Shown: one piece after another, positions 49,179 to 63,500 of the stretch | How positions within the stretch are numbered: position 1 is the stretch's first letter | How the letters are laid out: each line of letters starts with the position of its first letter | DNA from: Takakia lepidozioides | Lineage: Eukaryota > Plantae > Bryophyta | Assembly: GCA_030704615.1 (NCBI GenBank) | Contig: CM060734.1 | Location: 7,998,001-8,062,000, forward strand | Reading direction: 5' to 3' | Length of the DNA: 64,000 nt | The notes under the pieces: generated by a model | The model's database searches: none | The model's input: only the letters and a program-made list of their open reading frames with translations | What the model was told of the DNA's origin: nothing | Made by a program: the position numbers and the translations under genes

Positions 49179-52100
49179 CACTACAACAGATTCCGGCTTT
49201 AACGTCTGCCACATTTGCCCAGTCGTAGCATAGATGTCTACAAAATGCAAGGGGGCAGTCCTAGTTGCCATCTGTGACCAGCAGAAGTCGTATATGCCAC
49301 CTTGTACCTCCGCCATGTTAGGATTTGCGGTCAAACACGTCTAACCAGATAGGGGAAGATGGTAGATACGACTAGGAGTCATGGCCAAAACTGCAACAGG
49401 ATGACGTGGGCATGGGAATGTATGATTGCCAGTATTCACAACTGCACGTGGCGATTGTCGGTTGCCCAAGGAGTGCCTACGTGGACGATGCAAACATAAA
49501 TGGATGAAACATATGCAGGATGTGATTGCAACTGACGACATGTCAACATATCATTGCTCGCGGGCACTAAGCCACACCCTGTGAATGAATGAATGGATGA
49601 GAACTGCAAGTCTTGCAACTACAAACCCAACAAGCGCCGCATTCATCCCAGTGTCATAGCGAGCGTCCTGGCTTCAGTAAAGGAGTTGGGTTGCTGGTCG
49701 GTTGAATCCTCCATGGTTGAAAGAAAAGCTAGCTGCCATGACATGAGGTCAAGGACAAAGTGGTAACGGCTCATTCTTCAGCACATTTCTTCTTCAACCT
49801 ATTTGAGCTTGTTTTGCCCTCTCACCAGACTTGGCCCTGAGATGCATATTGAATGCTGTAAATTAGCTCGTTGCTCGTTGATAAGTAGGGTTGGGGTGTT
49901 TGCTGGAACAATTCTAAGCTGTCATTGTCAACTGCTAGTAGGAAGGCAAAGATGTATGCTTGTTTTTTGCAGTGTCATAGAGAGCTGAAGGAGCAGGGAT
50001 AGAGTGTGTGTCCAGATTCATCCAAGAGGGCCAGATTTCAAGCTCCACGTAACCTATGATTCCCTGTGGAAGGATAGATACAAGAAACCTGCATGGATAG
50101 ATGGTCAACTGGAAGCCGCAGCAGCAGCGGCACAATTGATAAAATCAGGCACTACTAATGAAGGCACCTTCTTCAACACATTTCACCCTGTTTTCCCCTC
50201 TTATCAGAATCGGCCCTCAATTTTCATGTTGAATTCTGTAAGTTAGCTGTTGAGTGAATGTAGTTGGGAGTGACTTTGACATGATACTGCCAATGTGACA
50301 AGGATATGCATTGAACTCATTGGTAGCGGGATATTGGGATAATTCTTGGCCATTTGCCATCGTCAAAGCTGAAATTGTACTAGTTGTCATTCTGAACACT
50401 GCCCTGGTGGACATGTATGCCAAATGTGGGTGCAACAAGCCTTATGCGAAGGGAGAGTTCAACAACATGGCTAAATGAGATGTGGTGTTGTGGAGTGCCA
50501 TGATTGCAAGGTATGTGCAGCATGGGTGTGGGATTAAGGCTTTGGAAACCTAAGAGCAAATGATGTGGGAAAGGATGAAGCCAGACCAGGTCATGTTCAT
50601 TTGTGTTTGTAATATGCATATGCGAGCCTAGAAGCCCTGGGAAGGGGCCAAGAGGTTCATGGTGACATCATCAAAGCTGGAATTGTACCTGATGTCATTC
50701 TGAACATTCCCTTGGTGTACATGTATGTCAAATACGAGCCTGGTAGCCCTGGAAAGGACACAACGGTCCATGGTGACATTGTCAAAGTTGGAATTGTACC
50801 ACTAGATGTCTCTAAACACTGCCTTGGTGGATATGTATGTCAAATGCAAGCCTGGCAGCCTTGAAAAATGGTGCAGAGGTCCACGGTAATATCGTCAAAG
50901 CTAGTATTGTATTTGATGTGATTCTGAATGTTGCCGTAGTGGACATGTATGCCAAGTTTGGGTACAACTACAAGGATACAAATGGCATGCAATTTGATAA
51001 TATGGCTGAATGAGATGTGGTATCAGCCTAGCCCATAATCGCACTTAACTAGAGTAGACAATGAGTGAAGATGGGGTTTGTGGTGACATCGTCCAAGCTG
51101 GAATTGAATTGATGTCGTTCTGAAATATGCCCTTGTGGTGAGGGCGTGCAGAGCAAGAGCGCGGGATGGGGCTTTGGAGACCTGAAAGCAAATGATGGGG
51201 GAAGGGGTGAAGCTCGACCACATCATGTTTGTGTGCGTTTGCAGTGCGTGTGCAAACCTGGCAGCCCTGGAAAACACATGCAAAGAGGTACATGGTTGCA
51301 TCACCAAAGCTGGAATTGTACCAGATGTGATTTTGAACAATACCCTCGTGGGCATGGATAGCTGAAGGAGCAGGGATAGAGTGTGGGCGCAGATTCATCC
51401 AAGAGGGCCGGATTTTCAAGCTCCAGATTGCCTATGATTCATTGTGGAAGGATAGTTAGAAGAAACTTGCATGGGTAGATGGTCAACTGGAAGCCGACTT
51501 TGCAGCTTTGTGCATTTTTGTAGCAGCACCGGATTAGATTATGGAACGGATCTTTGAACATTGAGTCACGTTGTATTTGAATCGATGTTCCAATTTCAAA
51601 TGTGCTTTCATGTTTCAATGGTGTTTTCGTGTGCTTTCAATGGTGCTTTCTTGTTTCAATGCTGTTAGAGTTAGGCCCATGACTACGGTCACGTACACGA
51701 CTACCTCCCATCCACAGAGCCTCCGCCACGTGCCACTTTCACCCCTCGTGTTCGCCCATACTTGTGCCACGTGCAGTATCTAGAGTGCGCCATGGAAGTC
51801 ATATGCTCCAGTCATAACAACCACCCCCATCCTGCATAATTTGATTCCACGTGTCATGTCCAGTCTTCTCCACGTGTTGGCCTGGGGTTAATATGCGGAA
51901 GTCATATATGCCAGTCGTAAAGACCCTGTCGCCTTCCCTTTGACGTGACACGTGGCATATCCCTTCCGTTCCACATGAAGCTGACATGGATTCACAATCA
52001 TTTACTACGGTCTTATCAATGACTATGATTAGGCGTCCCTGTTGCCACGTCAACAATGAGCTCCACGACTGGCAGATACGACTCTATGGCGCTTACGACC

Positions 52101-52206
52101 CATTTGTCACAACTGACTAGGGTTATCTGACTAGGCAGTCATGCAGTCATAAAAGGCTGATACGACTGGAAAATAACAGACGTAAAAGCCGGATTTTCTA
52201 CTAGTG
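49179..52206. mobile_element. Complete non-autonomous Pack-CACTA element, 3028 bp
   Basis: Left TIR CACTACAACAGATTCCGGCTTTAACGTCTG; right TIR CAGACGTAAAAGCCGGATTTTCTACTAGTG. 3-bp TSD GCT at 49176-49178 and 52207-52209. Subterminal repeats at both ends. Confidence 0.93.
50280..51360 (+). pseudogene. Captured PLS-class PPR gene fragments
   Basis: Repeated variants of KAGIVPDVILNTALVDMYAKCG, plus WSAMIARYVQHG, GMKPDQVMFICV and FVCVCSACANLAALE, with stops and frameshifts. Confidence 0.85.
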
Positions 52207-52869
52207 GCTTACATTGTTGTTTCAATCACTATTCTTAAGGCAAAGTGCACATGGGAGACATCCTCTTCGTTGAACTTGTGCAGGGCATCATTGTATTCAA
52301 AATGGGTTTTTGTCGACTTGTGCAGGAGTCCGTGTGCTTCCACTGACCCTCCAAGACTATCACACCTTTTTGGACTTATTTCAAGTCCTCCTCAGTCTTA
52401 CATGTTATCCGTCTATGCGGAGGCACTCGCAACAAGCATGTCCGTTCATGGCACTCGCAGTCCAACCATGGACGGCTGTGGTAGAAGACGTGGTGTTGGG
52501 GCCGGAATCTTTGTGGATGACATAGCACAGGAGGTCGATTGTGATTCTGATGACTGTGACACTTGATATCAAGTTTTCTTTTACTTTTATTCGGGGCCAA
52601 TTTTGAAATGGGATGGTTGTGTGTCCTTGTTGTCCTATTTGCAATGTGTGCGTGGGATGCGAATTCCTGGGAACAAACTATTGTTGGAGAGGGGGGTTGC
52701 ATGGACTGCCCGGATTGTTCCTTCCATGTCTTTAGTGTTTTCCGGAGCTCACATGCTTGTGTGCATTGCAAAAACAAACAAACGTGATGGGTTTGGGCAG
52801 TGCATTCTAGCATCATTTGCTCGTTGGTCTCCAAACCATTCTTGCCAGAACAATGCTTGGTCAATCCAT

Positions 52870-53160
52870 CACGTTAAAGTCCACGTGATCAAAGATCGTT
52901 CAGGCATTCTTCTGGTGAGCATCCATGATGCTCCCAGACATACCATACATGTTCGCAACGGTGGTGAGTAAGAAAACATTTCGCATGGATCCGCTTTGGA
53001 TGCTATGAATGTGCACCTGCTTTCCGGGCCTTTTATCCTGATGCACTGAAGCAAAAAAACAAACATACGTATGTGGATATGCTGCAATGCCTCCTTGGTT
53101 CAAAATCAAAAGAGCCTCTTCCAGTCTTTCTGCCTCACGAAGCATCTTCACATGCCAAGA
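52870..53160 (-). pseudogene. N-terminal fragment of a PLS-class PPR gene
   Basis: RLEEALLIL...TYVC...GKQVHIHSIQSG..RNVFLLTTVANMYGMSGSIMDA. Confidence 0.65.
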
Positions 53161-53434
53161 ATGGGTGCCGACAAGCAGTGCTCACGACGTAGCCACATTC
53201 CCATGCAAGGGCTTGGTATGTTAATAACGTCTAAATGGATGCAATGGATAGAAAGGATGGATACAATGGATGTAACACATCCAGTCTGCATTGCTTGGAA
53301 AGGGCTGATCAACCCGCGGTAATAGGTGCCACCCGTGGTAATAGGCCCTGCATATTTGCTCCGACATGCTGACGTCGCGTGAGCTTGTGCTGGGCTCACG
53401 GGCTCACGCCTCCAAGCTCACGGAATAGCACCCC

Positions 53435-56408
53435 CCATCTAAGCCCAAGTGCAAGATCTCATATGTATCCTAGTGCATCTCCTAAGTGAGACCCACGTGC
53501 GACCTCTAGGGTAGCCTGTGCCGTTGGCCCAAGTGTCCAATGTCATCTAAGTCATCTAAGTCTAATGATTTAGCCATATCTAATCATTTTTTTTTTTCCA
53601 CATAGCCTATGATCAGATTTGAACGGGAGACCTTTCCCTTGATATCTCTCCCGTCAAGGCTCCAACCATTGTCCCAGGAATGCCCACTTTAACATTTTTG
53701 CTATTGAATTTTCAGCGACCAAAAGTACTTGGAATTCCACATCTCCCTCACCGCTTGTCCAAAAATCATGAGACCAAGCCGTTGCACCCCTCCTCGTCGA
53801 GGGCTTTCCAACGGCACCAAGCACCCGCGCTGGGGCCTCACGGTTTGGGAGATCTCAACGACGCTACAAAACAAAACAAAACAAAACAAACGTCTCGCTT
53901 CATATAAGGCAGCATGTGCCGTTGGCCCAAGTGTCCAGTGTCATCATCTAAGTCCAAGTGCAATCCCATATGTATCAAAGTGCGTCTCCTATGTCGAGGC
54001 CCAAATGCAACCTCTAGGGTAGCATGTGCCGTTGGCCCAAGTGTCCAGTGTCATCATCTAAGTCCAAGTGCAAATCCCCTATGTAGTGCGTCTCCTATGT
54101 CGAGGCCCAAATGCAACCTCTAGGGTAGCATGTGCCATTGGCCCAAGCGTCCAGTGTCATCTTAGCCCAAGTGTAAGATCTTATATGTATCCCAGTGCGT
54201 CTCCTATGTCGAGGCCCAAGTGCGACCTCTAGTGTAGCCTATGCCGTCGGCCCTGCATGTCTGACAAATTTAAATCTAAGACAAAGTACAATTTCCTATG
54301 TATCCAAGTGCGTCTCCTATGTCAAGGCCCATCTAAGCCCAAGTGCAGTCTTCTATTCATGTATCCAAGTGCATCTCCCATGTAGAGGTCCAAGTGTCTA
54401 GTGGATCATCTTAACGCAAGTGCAATCTCCTATGTATCCAAGTACGTCTCCCATGTCTAGGGTGGCCTGTGCCGTTGGCCCAAGTGTCCAATGTTATCTA
54501 CGTCCAAGTGCATCAATATATGAAGCAAGCCATATCTAATCAATTTTTTCTCCAGGAGGGGTGCACGGGCTTGGTCTCATGATTTTTGGACTTGCGGTGT
54601 GGGGGATGTGGAATTCCAAGTACTTTTGGTCGTTGGAAATTCACAAAAAATAGCAAAGTGGGCATTCCTGGGACAATGAAGCCTCGACATCAGAGATATC
54701 AAGGGAAAGGTCTCCGGTTCAAATCTGGTCATAGGGCGCTCTCTGGAAAAAAAAATTGATTAGATAGGGGATTGCACTTGAACTTAGATGACATTGGACA
54801 CTGGAGGTCGCACTTGGGCCTCTACATGGGAGAAGCACTTCGATACATAGGAGATTGCACTTGGGCTTAGATTTCAATACTTCATACATTGGCCAACGGC
54901 ACAAGCTACCCTAGAGGTCGCACTTGGGCCTCAACATAGGAGACACACTTGGATACACAGGGGATTGCACTTGGACTTAGATGACACTGGACACTTGGGC
55001 CAACGGCACAGGCTACCCTAGAGGTCGCATTTGGACCTCGACAAAGGAGATGCACTTGGATACATAGGGGATTGCACTTGGACATAGATGACACTGGACA
55101 CTTGGGCCAATGGTACATGCTACCCTAGTTGATATGAAGCGAGACGTTTGTTTGTTTGTTTATTTGTTTTGTTTTGTTTTGTTTTGTTTTGTTTTGTAGC
55201 ATTGAGATGTCCCAAACCACGAGGCTCCGGCACTGGTGCTTGGTACCATTGGAAAGTCCTTGACAAGGAGGGGTGCACCGGCTTGGTCTCATGACTTTTG
55301 GACCTGCGGTGTGGGAGATACGGAATTCCAAGTACTTTTGGTCGCTGGATATTCACAAAAAATAGCAAAAATGGCAAAGTGGGCATTCCAGGGACAATGG
55401 TTGGAGCCTCGAGGGGAGAGATATCAAGGGAAAGGTCTCCGGTTCAAATCTGGTCGTAGGCTCTGTGGAAAAAAATGATTAGACGTAGATGACTTAGATG
55501 ACGTTGGACACTTGGGCCAACAACACATGCTACCCTAGGGCCTAGAGGTTGCACTTGGGCCACAACATAGGAGACGCACTTGCATACATAGGAAATTGCA
55601 CTGGATACATAGGAGATTGGACTTGGGCTTAAATGACAGTGGACAATTGGGGCTCTACATGGGAGATGCACCTGGATACATGAATAGAAGATTGCACTTG
55701 GGCTTAGATGGGCCTCGACATAGGAGACACACTTGGATACATAGGAATTTACACTTGGTCTTAGATTTCAATTCTTCACATATGGGCCAACGGTATAGGC
55801 TACACTAGAGGTCGCACTTGGGCCTCAACATAGGAGACGCAGTGGGATACATAGAAGATCTTACACTTGGGCTTAGATGATAGTGGACACTTGGGCCAAC
55901 GACACAGGCTACCCTAGAGGTCGCGCTTGGGCCTCGACATAGGAGACGCAGTGGGATACATAGAAGATCTTACACTTGGGCTTAGATGACAGTGGACACT
56001 TGGGCCAACGGCACATGCTACCCTAGAGCAATGATTGGCCCTTCACGTGGGAGATTTGGAATTTTCAAGTACTTTTGGTTGCTGGAAATTCGCGAAAATA
56101 GCAAAGTGGATATATGAATATATGAAGCCTCGACATGAGAGATTGCAAAAATAGCAAAGTGGCTTTGGGATTGCACTTGGACTTAGGTGACATTGGACAT
56201 TGGAGGTCACACTTGGGCCTCTACATGAGGGACGCACATGGATACATAGGAGATTGCACTTGGGCTTAGATTTCAATTCTTCACACATGGGCCAATGGTA
56301 CATGATACCCTAGATGTCCCAAACAGTGGGGTCTCTGGATGCATATGGGATTGCACTTGGATAGAGATGACATTTGACACTTGGGCCAACGACACAGGCT
56401 ACCCTAGT
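53435..56408. mobile_element. Cluster of non-autonomous Helitron/Helentron-like repeats in both orientations, with internal tandem units
   Basis: Units begin ATATGAAGCGAGACG followed by a (GTTT)n tract and end GGGCCAACGGCACAGGCTACCCTAGT (near 55128 and 56408). 53435-54540 is inverted relative to 54555-56408. Confidence 0.6.
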
Positions 56409-56424
56409 TATTATTTACAGAACA

Positions 56425-59400
56425 GGGGGATTGTAGCCCTGATTAACTTTATTATAAAATATTTTTGGGGGGCAAAAAGCCCTTACAAGTTATTTGGGAT
56501 TATTCGGGAAAAAAAATTAAAACCCCTATTACACCATAAGGCACACACACCGTAAGCAGTGAATGTCAGAACCCTACCTCTCAGATCGAGAGACTGATCG
56601 AGAAAAAACAGATCACACTATCATAAAACATTCTTAACAGGCTAAGAATGAACTCCAGGTTGGCTTAACAACAGCAATCCCTATGGATTTAACTAATTCC
56701 TTAAAAGAAAATGGAGAGAAAGTCAAGGCATGAGGTTTGACAAGGACTATGGCCGCCCCAAAATCCAAACAAGGTATTGTTTGCCAGCCATTGAACCAGA
56801 GGGGATAGAAGATCTGGTTTAGGGTCCAAGGGTTTGCCTGGTAGAGACCAACAGCAGATTCGTATGGGGATAAGAGGAGTATGGGGGATGTTTAGAGGGA
56901 TAGTGGATTGCAGGGAGAGGGACAGGGAGATGGTATCAATTGCAAAGGAGAAGACAAAATGGTGAGATGACGTTGAATCAGCTTGAACAAATAGAATAGA
57001 GAGATCACCGTGGAGGATAGTAAGAGCCCAGAAGGGGGGGGAGGGAACTGAAGGACCCAAGCGGAGGGCCACTGACCATTGAGGAGGTAAGGACTGAATG
57101 ACCTCATGATAACCATTTGTTGGCCTAACCGAGCCAACTGCCAGAGCCAAAGTCTCCGGACTTTTGAAGTCATTGTGAGGCCATATGTTGTGGATTTGGC
57201 TGGTACCAAGACGATCCCAAGCGGACCATCGCTTTGCTTGGTTTTTCTGCTGGGGGGAAGGTTTGTTGGTGTTCAGGAACAGGTGTTGACGAAGAACCTC
57301 ATAGAAAGCAGTAATGGGTCTCTTAAATCTACCTGAACTGGCGGAGCCTCCCCCAAGCTTGCCAAATGTTGGACCACAGAGGAGATCCCACATACTTGTG
57401 CTTGAATCCGTGAGTGATCCAGCGCAAAGAAGGCTTACAGATGGATAGTTTCAATGGCGAAGAATGAGTGATGTTGTCATGCACAAGGAACTTCCACATG
57501 CCCCCCTCTGAGCCCAGAAACCTTGGGATCCATTTTGCCAACAAAGCAGTGATCTGAGTTTCCGGGTCTATGATCCCCAGACCCCCTTTTTTTGTGGAAG
57601 GCATATTTGGTTCCAGGCCACCTGTGGCCTTTTCTTCTCTGCAGAACTTTCTGCACCCCAAATGAAGTTCCTGATGAGCCTTTTCACCTCCTGAACTTGG
57701 GAGCTGTTGGGGCGCCAAAAAGCCGCATAGTACCAGATTCCAACAAATAGAATCTGGTTTGCAGCTAGGGCTTTTCCTGTTATAGAAAGATGCTTGCTTC
57801 CCCAGTAAGCCAGCTTACGCTTCAGCTTGATCAAGGTAGGTTTAAATCTCTGGTCATCCAAGAGATCATGACCGAAAGGTGTAACCCAAAAGGGTGGTAG
57901 ACTCTCCAAGACCAAGCCATTTTAGACCTTGGTTAACTCCCCATAAGGGAGGGCTCCAAGAAGGAAGCAGATTGATCACCCACTAATGAGGCAGAGGTTT
58001 TATTCCAATTAACCTTGAAGCTGGATGCAGCACAGAAGGAACTCAGGGTGTTTCCAGCCCTGTCTAAATTCTGGTGATTGGCCTGTAGCATCAAGAAGGT
58101 ATCATCCACGAACATAGAGTCAATAACATGGGTTCTCTGCTGAGTGATATAGTTCGTGATACGAAGGCCAGTGATTTGTCTGTCCTATCACCTTTTTTGT
58201 AGAGTAACGTAATGACTCCTTGAGACATGGAAGGGGACATTTCTCCACTATCAAAGAGATGGTTAGCCATAGCAGTAAAGTCATCTGAAATGTCAGACTA
58301 GAGAGCCTTATAGATTCCACAGGGATCCCATCCATTCCCGGGGACTTGTTGTTTTGCAATTTGAAGAGTGCATCTTCAAGCTCCATAGCTGTGAATTGGC
58401 CTTCCACAGCCACAACATTCTGAGGGGACAAAATCTTTGGGGTATACTGGAGATAATCCTCCTGGAGAGCCGTTGCTTTGGAAACGCAACTGGAAATGCG
58501 AGGATGACAGGCTTGCCATGGCTTTGGGAGTAGTGGCAGAGAGACCATTGGACTGGTCGACAAGCTCTGAAATGCACTGTGAGGCTCTTCGCAGTTTGGT
58601 CTTGTCAAAGAAGTATTTTGACATTTTTTCTCCTTTGGTAGACCAATTAACCCCTGCCTGGAGTTTCCATTTGCGTTCTTGCATCTTCTGGTGCACATAG
58701 GTATGGTATGTGAAATCATCGCAGCGAGAAGATTCTAGCATTTTTATTGCCAAACACTCGTGAGTGTTTTCACCTTCCTTTTCCTTATGATTGCCAAGTT
58801 TTGACTAAGTTGTTGACTAGCAATGTTGATAGCTCTCAATTTGGATAGAAATCTATCGGTAGGGTTTTGCGAGTCATCACTAGCTAGAGACCAAGCTTTG
58901 AGGAGCTCCTACTTATAAGTAGGAAGCTTGAGAAGCAAGGAATTGAGCTTGTACAAGCCCCCACCGCGACGCTGAGCTGAAGGAAAGGTAATATATGAGG
59001 AGATAGGGGCATGATCGAAGCCCAGAGGAATAGGTTGTTGGATGTCTCTTTTTGACCATTGCACCAAGTTAAAGGAAACGTAAGCCCTGTCCAGACGGGC
59101 CATCTGGAGATCTCCTAGAGATCTTTTGTTCGTCCAAGTGAAGGACAGATTGGAAGCTTGCTGCGAGAGATGAACCGCTTTAGTGAGACAATTACCGTGG
59201 GTACAAGAGAGCCATCGGTCCAATTCATCTAGATTTGGGGAAAATGAGTCCATCCCTCTCCTATCTTCTTGATATTCAACCATGTTAAAGTCGCTAGCTA
59301 AGACCGAACTGTCAACTGAGGTTTCTGCCAACATTCGGTCATTAAGAAGTGACTAGAAAACGCTTCTTTCTATAGAGGTATTTGGAGCATAGATATTCAC

Positions 59401-59735
59401 AAGACCTATAGAACCTATGTTATTAGGGAGGGTGAGAACGCAAAGCTGGAGTCTGCAAGCCTCAGAGGGTGGCTAGAGCTTGAAGAGAAGGGGAGAGCAG
59501 TATTGCCGTTCCCCCCTTTGTGCCCTCGGAGGTGGGTTTCCAGTAAGCACAGGTTGAAGGCCGTAAGTGGTCAGATAGGGAGTTGATTTTTCTGGGATCT
59601 AGTTTGTGTCCTTGGGAGAAAGATTACATAATCATTTTGAAGGAAGGGACTAAGCCAAGTCTTAATTTTGAGTCTTTTGAGAGAAGCAGAATCGGAGCCT
59701 AGCCCTCTAATGTTCCATGAGAGGATGTTAACCCC
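56425..59735 (-). mobile_element. L1-clade LINE ORF2 (APE endonuclease plus RT), internally deleted and degenerate
   Basis: ILSWNIRGL, DFNMVE, TWTN..MARLDRAY, DHAPI, NNKSPGMDGIP, MFVDDT, KLAYWGSKHLSITGK and KKGGLGIID. Confidence 0.9.
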
Positions 59736-60539
59736 TAAAGGACGACACGACCCGAATCGGGTTGCGTCAGATTACTTGCCACGCTCCAATTCCCATGGAT
59801 GATAGTGGATGGAAATGAACCTTGAAGATGAATTGTAGATGTCAGAGAGGAGCACATGTGAGAATTTACAGCGCCAAAAAATCATAAAAGCTCTACTCCA
59901 TAGAATTTTGCAAAGTGCCAAGGTTTCATGAAATCCAGTGTTAGAGCACGATTGACCTGCCTACGTGGCATTCAAATGGGCAATGTTCAAGATAACATCT
60001 AGGGTTGAAAATTTATCATAATGCTAAAAATTTTGGACAAGGCACCATGAAATGTTACTGTGCACTTACTTACCAGAGGAATTGGAAAACAAATGTCACC
60101 TCATGGGTGTACTTGGGAAAGAAGCCAAAACAAGATAATTTACCCCCCAGGTTTCACATACAAAGCAGCCCCCCCCATATTTTTGGCATTTTGGTCTGAG
60201 ATTCTGGGAGATGACCTGTTGGTTGCCCCTTATCCAGATTCTGGAGGCCATTTCTTCAAGAAAAATTGTAAAATCAACAAACTTGCATGGTCAAAGCAAT
60301 TTTTCCTCTTGTTTTTTGTTCATGGTTTCAACTTGGCCACTTTTCTTTTGTTATAATCTACTAAATGGAACGGTCAAAAGTGCTACAATTTTCTGAGGAC
60401 CTTCATGTAGTAGGTAGGGATGAAATGGAACGGTCCATCCAGCTGGATGTAAGGGGGGTAGGAAGTTACAACTCAGCAATGGAGGGTATGGCCCACTTTT
60501 TGGGAAAACTCCCAAAAGTTAGCTCGTCCTTTAGGGGTT

Positions 60540-63500
60540 AAGAATCATCTAAAGGCTGAGGAAGGATGAGAGCAAACGCCTCATTTGATAGCCTGTGTTG
60601 AAGGAAATAGAACTTGACTCAGCGGTCAGAGGGGTGGAGAGACTTGACCCACTAGTAGTGCAGTGGAGGCTTCGGACTCTCTTATGGATTTGAATGAAAA
60701 TGCCACGGAGGTTTTGCGGAGGCAAGGGAGAGGAAGGAGAGCAGAATTGCTCTACGGGAATGGCCTGAATAGACAAGATATAATACTAACCAATTTGGGG
60801 AAGAAGGTTGCAGACTGCAAGGCAGAGATTTAGGGATGTAAAGTCATATTGAGAGAGTCTAGAGAGAGAATCCCAAATGGAATAGTAACAGGCAAATGGA
60901 GAGAGGGGAGGCATTGTCTGGATTTTCTCCCAGAAAACATCTGGGTTTTGTAACATAGCAGCCTCTTATTTTAGATTATTAGGGTCTTCAATGCAAGCAT
61001 ATAATAATCTAAAATGAGAGGTGATATTTCATTTCATTAAGTCTCTGAGGGAGTATAAATGGATAGAGGGAACTAAGTAGCTTGGGGGAGAGGCAAAACA
61101 ATCTTCATATCTTTGTACAGACCTCTAAGAGAGCTCCTTTGTAATAGAGTCATATTCTTTTATCCCTGCATGATGCAGAAGTACTGGTATGTTTCTTGAC
61201 AAACATAGACAATAGATTTGGAGGAAAAGTAGATTCATGCCTTCAAAGGGGAAGAAACAACGCCACTGGAGACAGACCATGGATCAAGGGAATGATAATC
61301 ACTATACACTTTGACTGGATTCATGCGGTAAACAACCTGCATTTTCTGTTGATACTGCAAGTGAGGATGCAGCCTGAGGTTGACTGCATCCTCAAAAATT
61401 CTATTAGTATCCTACTACTTTCTCTACACATTGAGTGCTTACTTTGGCATTTCCACTCTGGGAATACTGCTGTCTACTTAAGTTCATAGTAACGATTCGT
61501 CTTGGGATCATAATAACAATCCAAGGTAGGCATCTTTGGTGCTGATATTGCTGATTGTACATGATTACTTGTCAATCTAAGATCTGGGGTACTCTTGCTA
61601 GTAACATAAGCCAGTTTCTTGAAGATATGTATTCAACTCTCAACTGGAACTTCTAATGACGCTGAGTCCTTAGCGCCTTGTGGACGTTCTCATCCTAGAT
61701 TAAACCTTAGGTCTTCTCCCACCAGCCCCCCTCGTAACAGTTGTGGATGTGTTGGGATGATTGTAGGGCATGTTTTGAGCAAAGGACGAAGTTGGATTGC
61801 TCCCCGAGAGACTCCATTAACTGCAAGGAGGGTGACGAGGCTGGTGGGACATGTGACAAGCAATGCTCTGTTGCTCCCCTTGACTTGCTAATATGTCTGC
61901 ATACTATTGTAATACAAAGTATGACAGCATGCCACAACCACGCCAACGTATGGTAATGCTTGGAATCATCAACATACAAGTACCATGCCATAAGTCACAG
62001 CTTATGGTGCAGATTAAGATGCAAACACAGGAGATTAAACCGTGCATGGGTTTTGGAGCTACATTTGAGCCTCCAGAGGTGCAAATGTGACTTCCCCACA
62101 CTGACCATGTGGAGGGGCAATGTTATTGTAAGAAGCTTACCACAGATTCTTTGCAGGTTACATGCCCACTATGGACTTCAAGAAACCTGACAAATTGCTC
62201 CAAGCTGACCGGATAAATGGATTAACTTGCTGAATGAGGACTAGCCAAATTCTGTTATACCAACAACATCTGATATCAAAACCTCTCATATGTAGGTCAG
62301 TGCAAGTGCTGAGCGGTTGGATATAGTTTCCTGGGATTTTGGAGTGGGTATTGCAGTCACCTAGACTGCATACATGCACTGCCAGATCAGAACTCGTAGT
62401 CCTGCAGGAACAGGGCACTCTGCAGGGTAGATACTTAAAGGGTCTGACTCCCCACGCTTGAACACAAAATGAATGCAATTGCACCTTCCCAAAAAACATT
62501 GGTCTTGGAAAGCTGTATGCAAATCTAAAAACCTGTGCCAGAACGATCCAAACTTGGATCATGACAGTTCTCTAGTACCTGGAACGAATAAGACCATCAC
62601 GACATTGTTGAGGAAAGGGAATTGATTTTGAGCTTTGCCGAACACATCACAAAGCGATTAAGGTGATGGCACTCACTGCCCCTTGCGACACCATTACGTC
62701 AACTTCATAAACACCACTCAGAATCCAAGCTTCAGAGCTGGAAGAGTGGATTCCAACTTTGAGCCATCAAACGCTTTAATATAACCATGTGGCTTGCCAT
62801 CAGTAAGGAACTCACTAAATCCAAGGAAAGGCATTCTACCTGCTTAAGAGGAAAGATGATGTTCCAGCAGGGAGGGTGCCAGAGTGGAACCCCATCCAAA
62901 GCAGTTTACCGGCTACTCTCATAAACAACCACCCACGTACATAGAATCCTTTAATAGAGCCACAGGGCTTGTCATTATGCGTGGAGCTCACTAAATGCAA
63001 GGAAAAGAGTTCTACCTGTTTGACATTTTTGAAAGAGATCTTGTGATTGGAGGAGACGATTCCAGAGCTTCTGCAGGCTGGTCTAACCCACTACCAAAAT
63101 CAAATGATTCGTGCACCCCGCTTCCTCGGATTGCTACTGGTGAGATATGACCAGTTGATCCCATATCACCAGTGGGAGCTAGATATGCTCCTCTCTCTCT
63201 CTACAAAAAAGCACCATTTCATTTCATTTCTCTCTACAAAAAGAAAGGAACAATGCTCAAAGTCAAACTCATGGGTCGCACATCCTGACATGTTGATCAA
63301 AGGGTGACACAAACATTTGACAAGGTGGCTTATTATGGTTGTCAACAATTTCAGGCTTCTGGAAAAGATGACAACGCTACTGACAAAGCATATCTGCCAT
63401 GCCGTAAGTGTAATCTTGCCATTGTATACACTGCAGCTTTCAACCCATTTCAATCCACCTCATGAATGCATCAAGCAGCACCAGCAGATTAGATGTGAGG

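Noticed and set aside
53300-53437. MITE with a GGGGGTGCTATTCC end
   Set aside because: Only one convincing terminus; no matching TIR or TSD was found.
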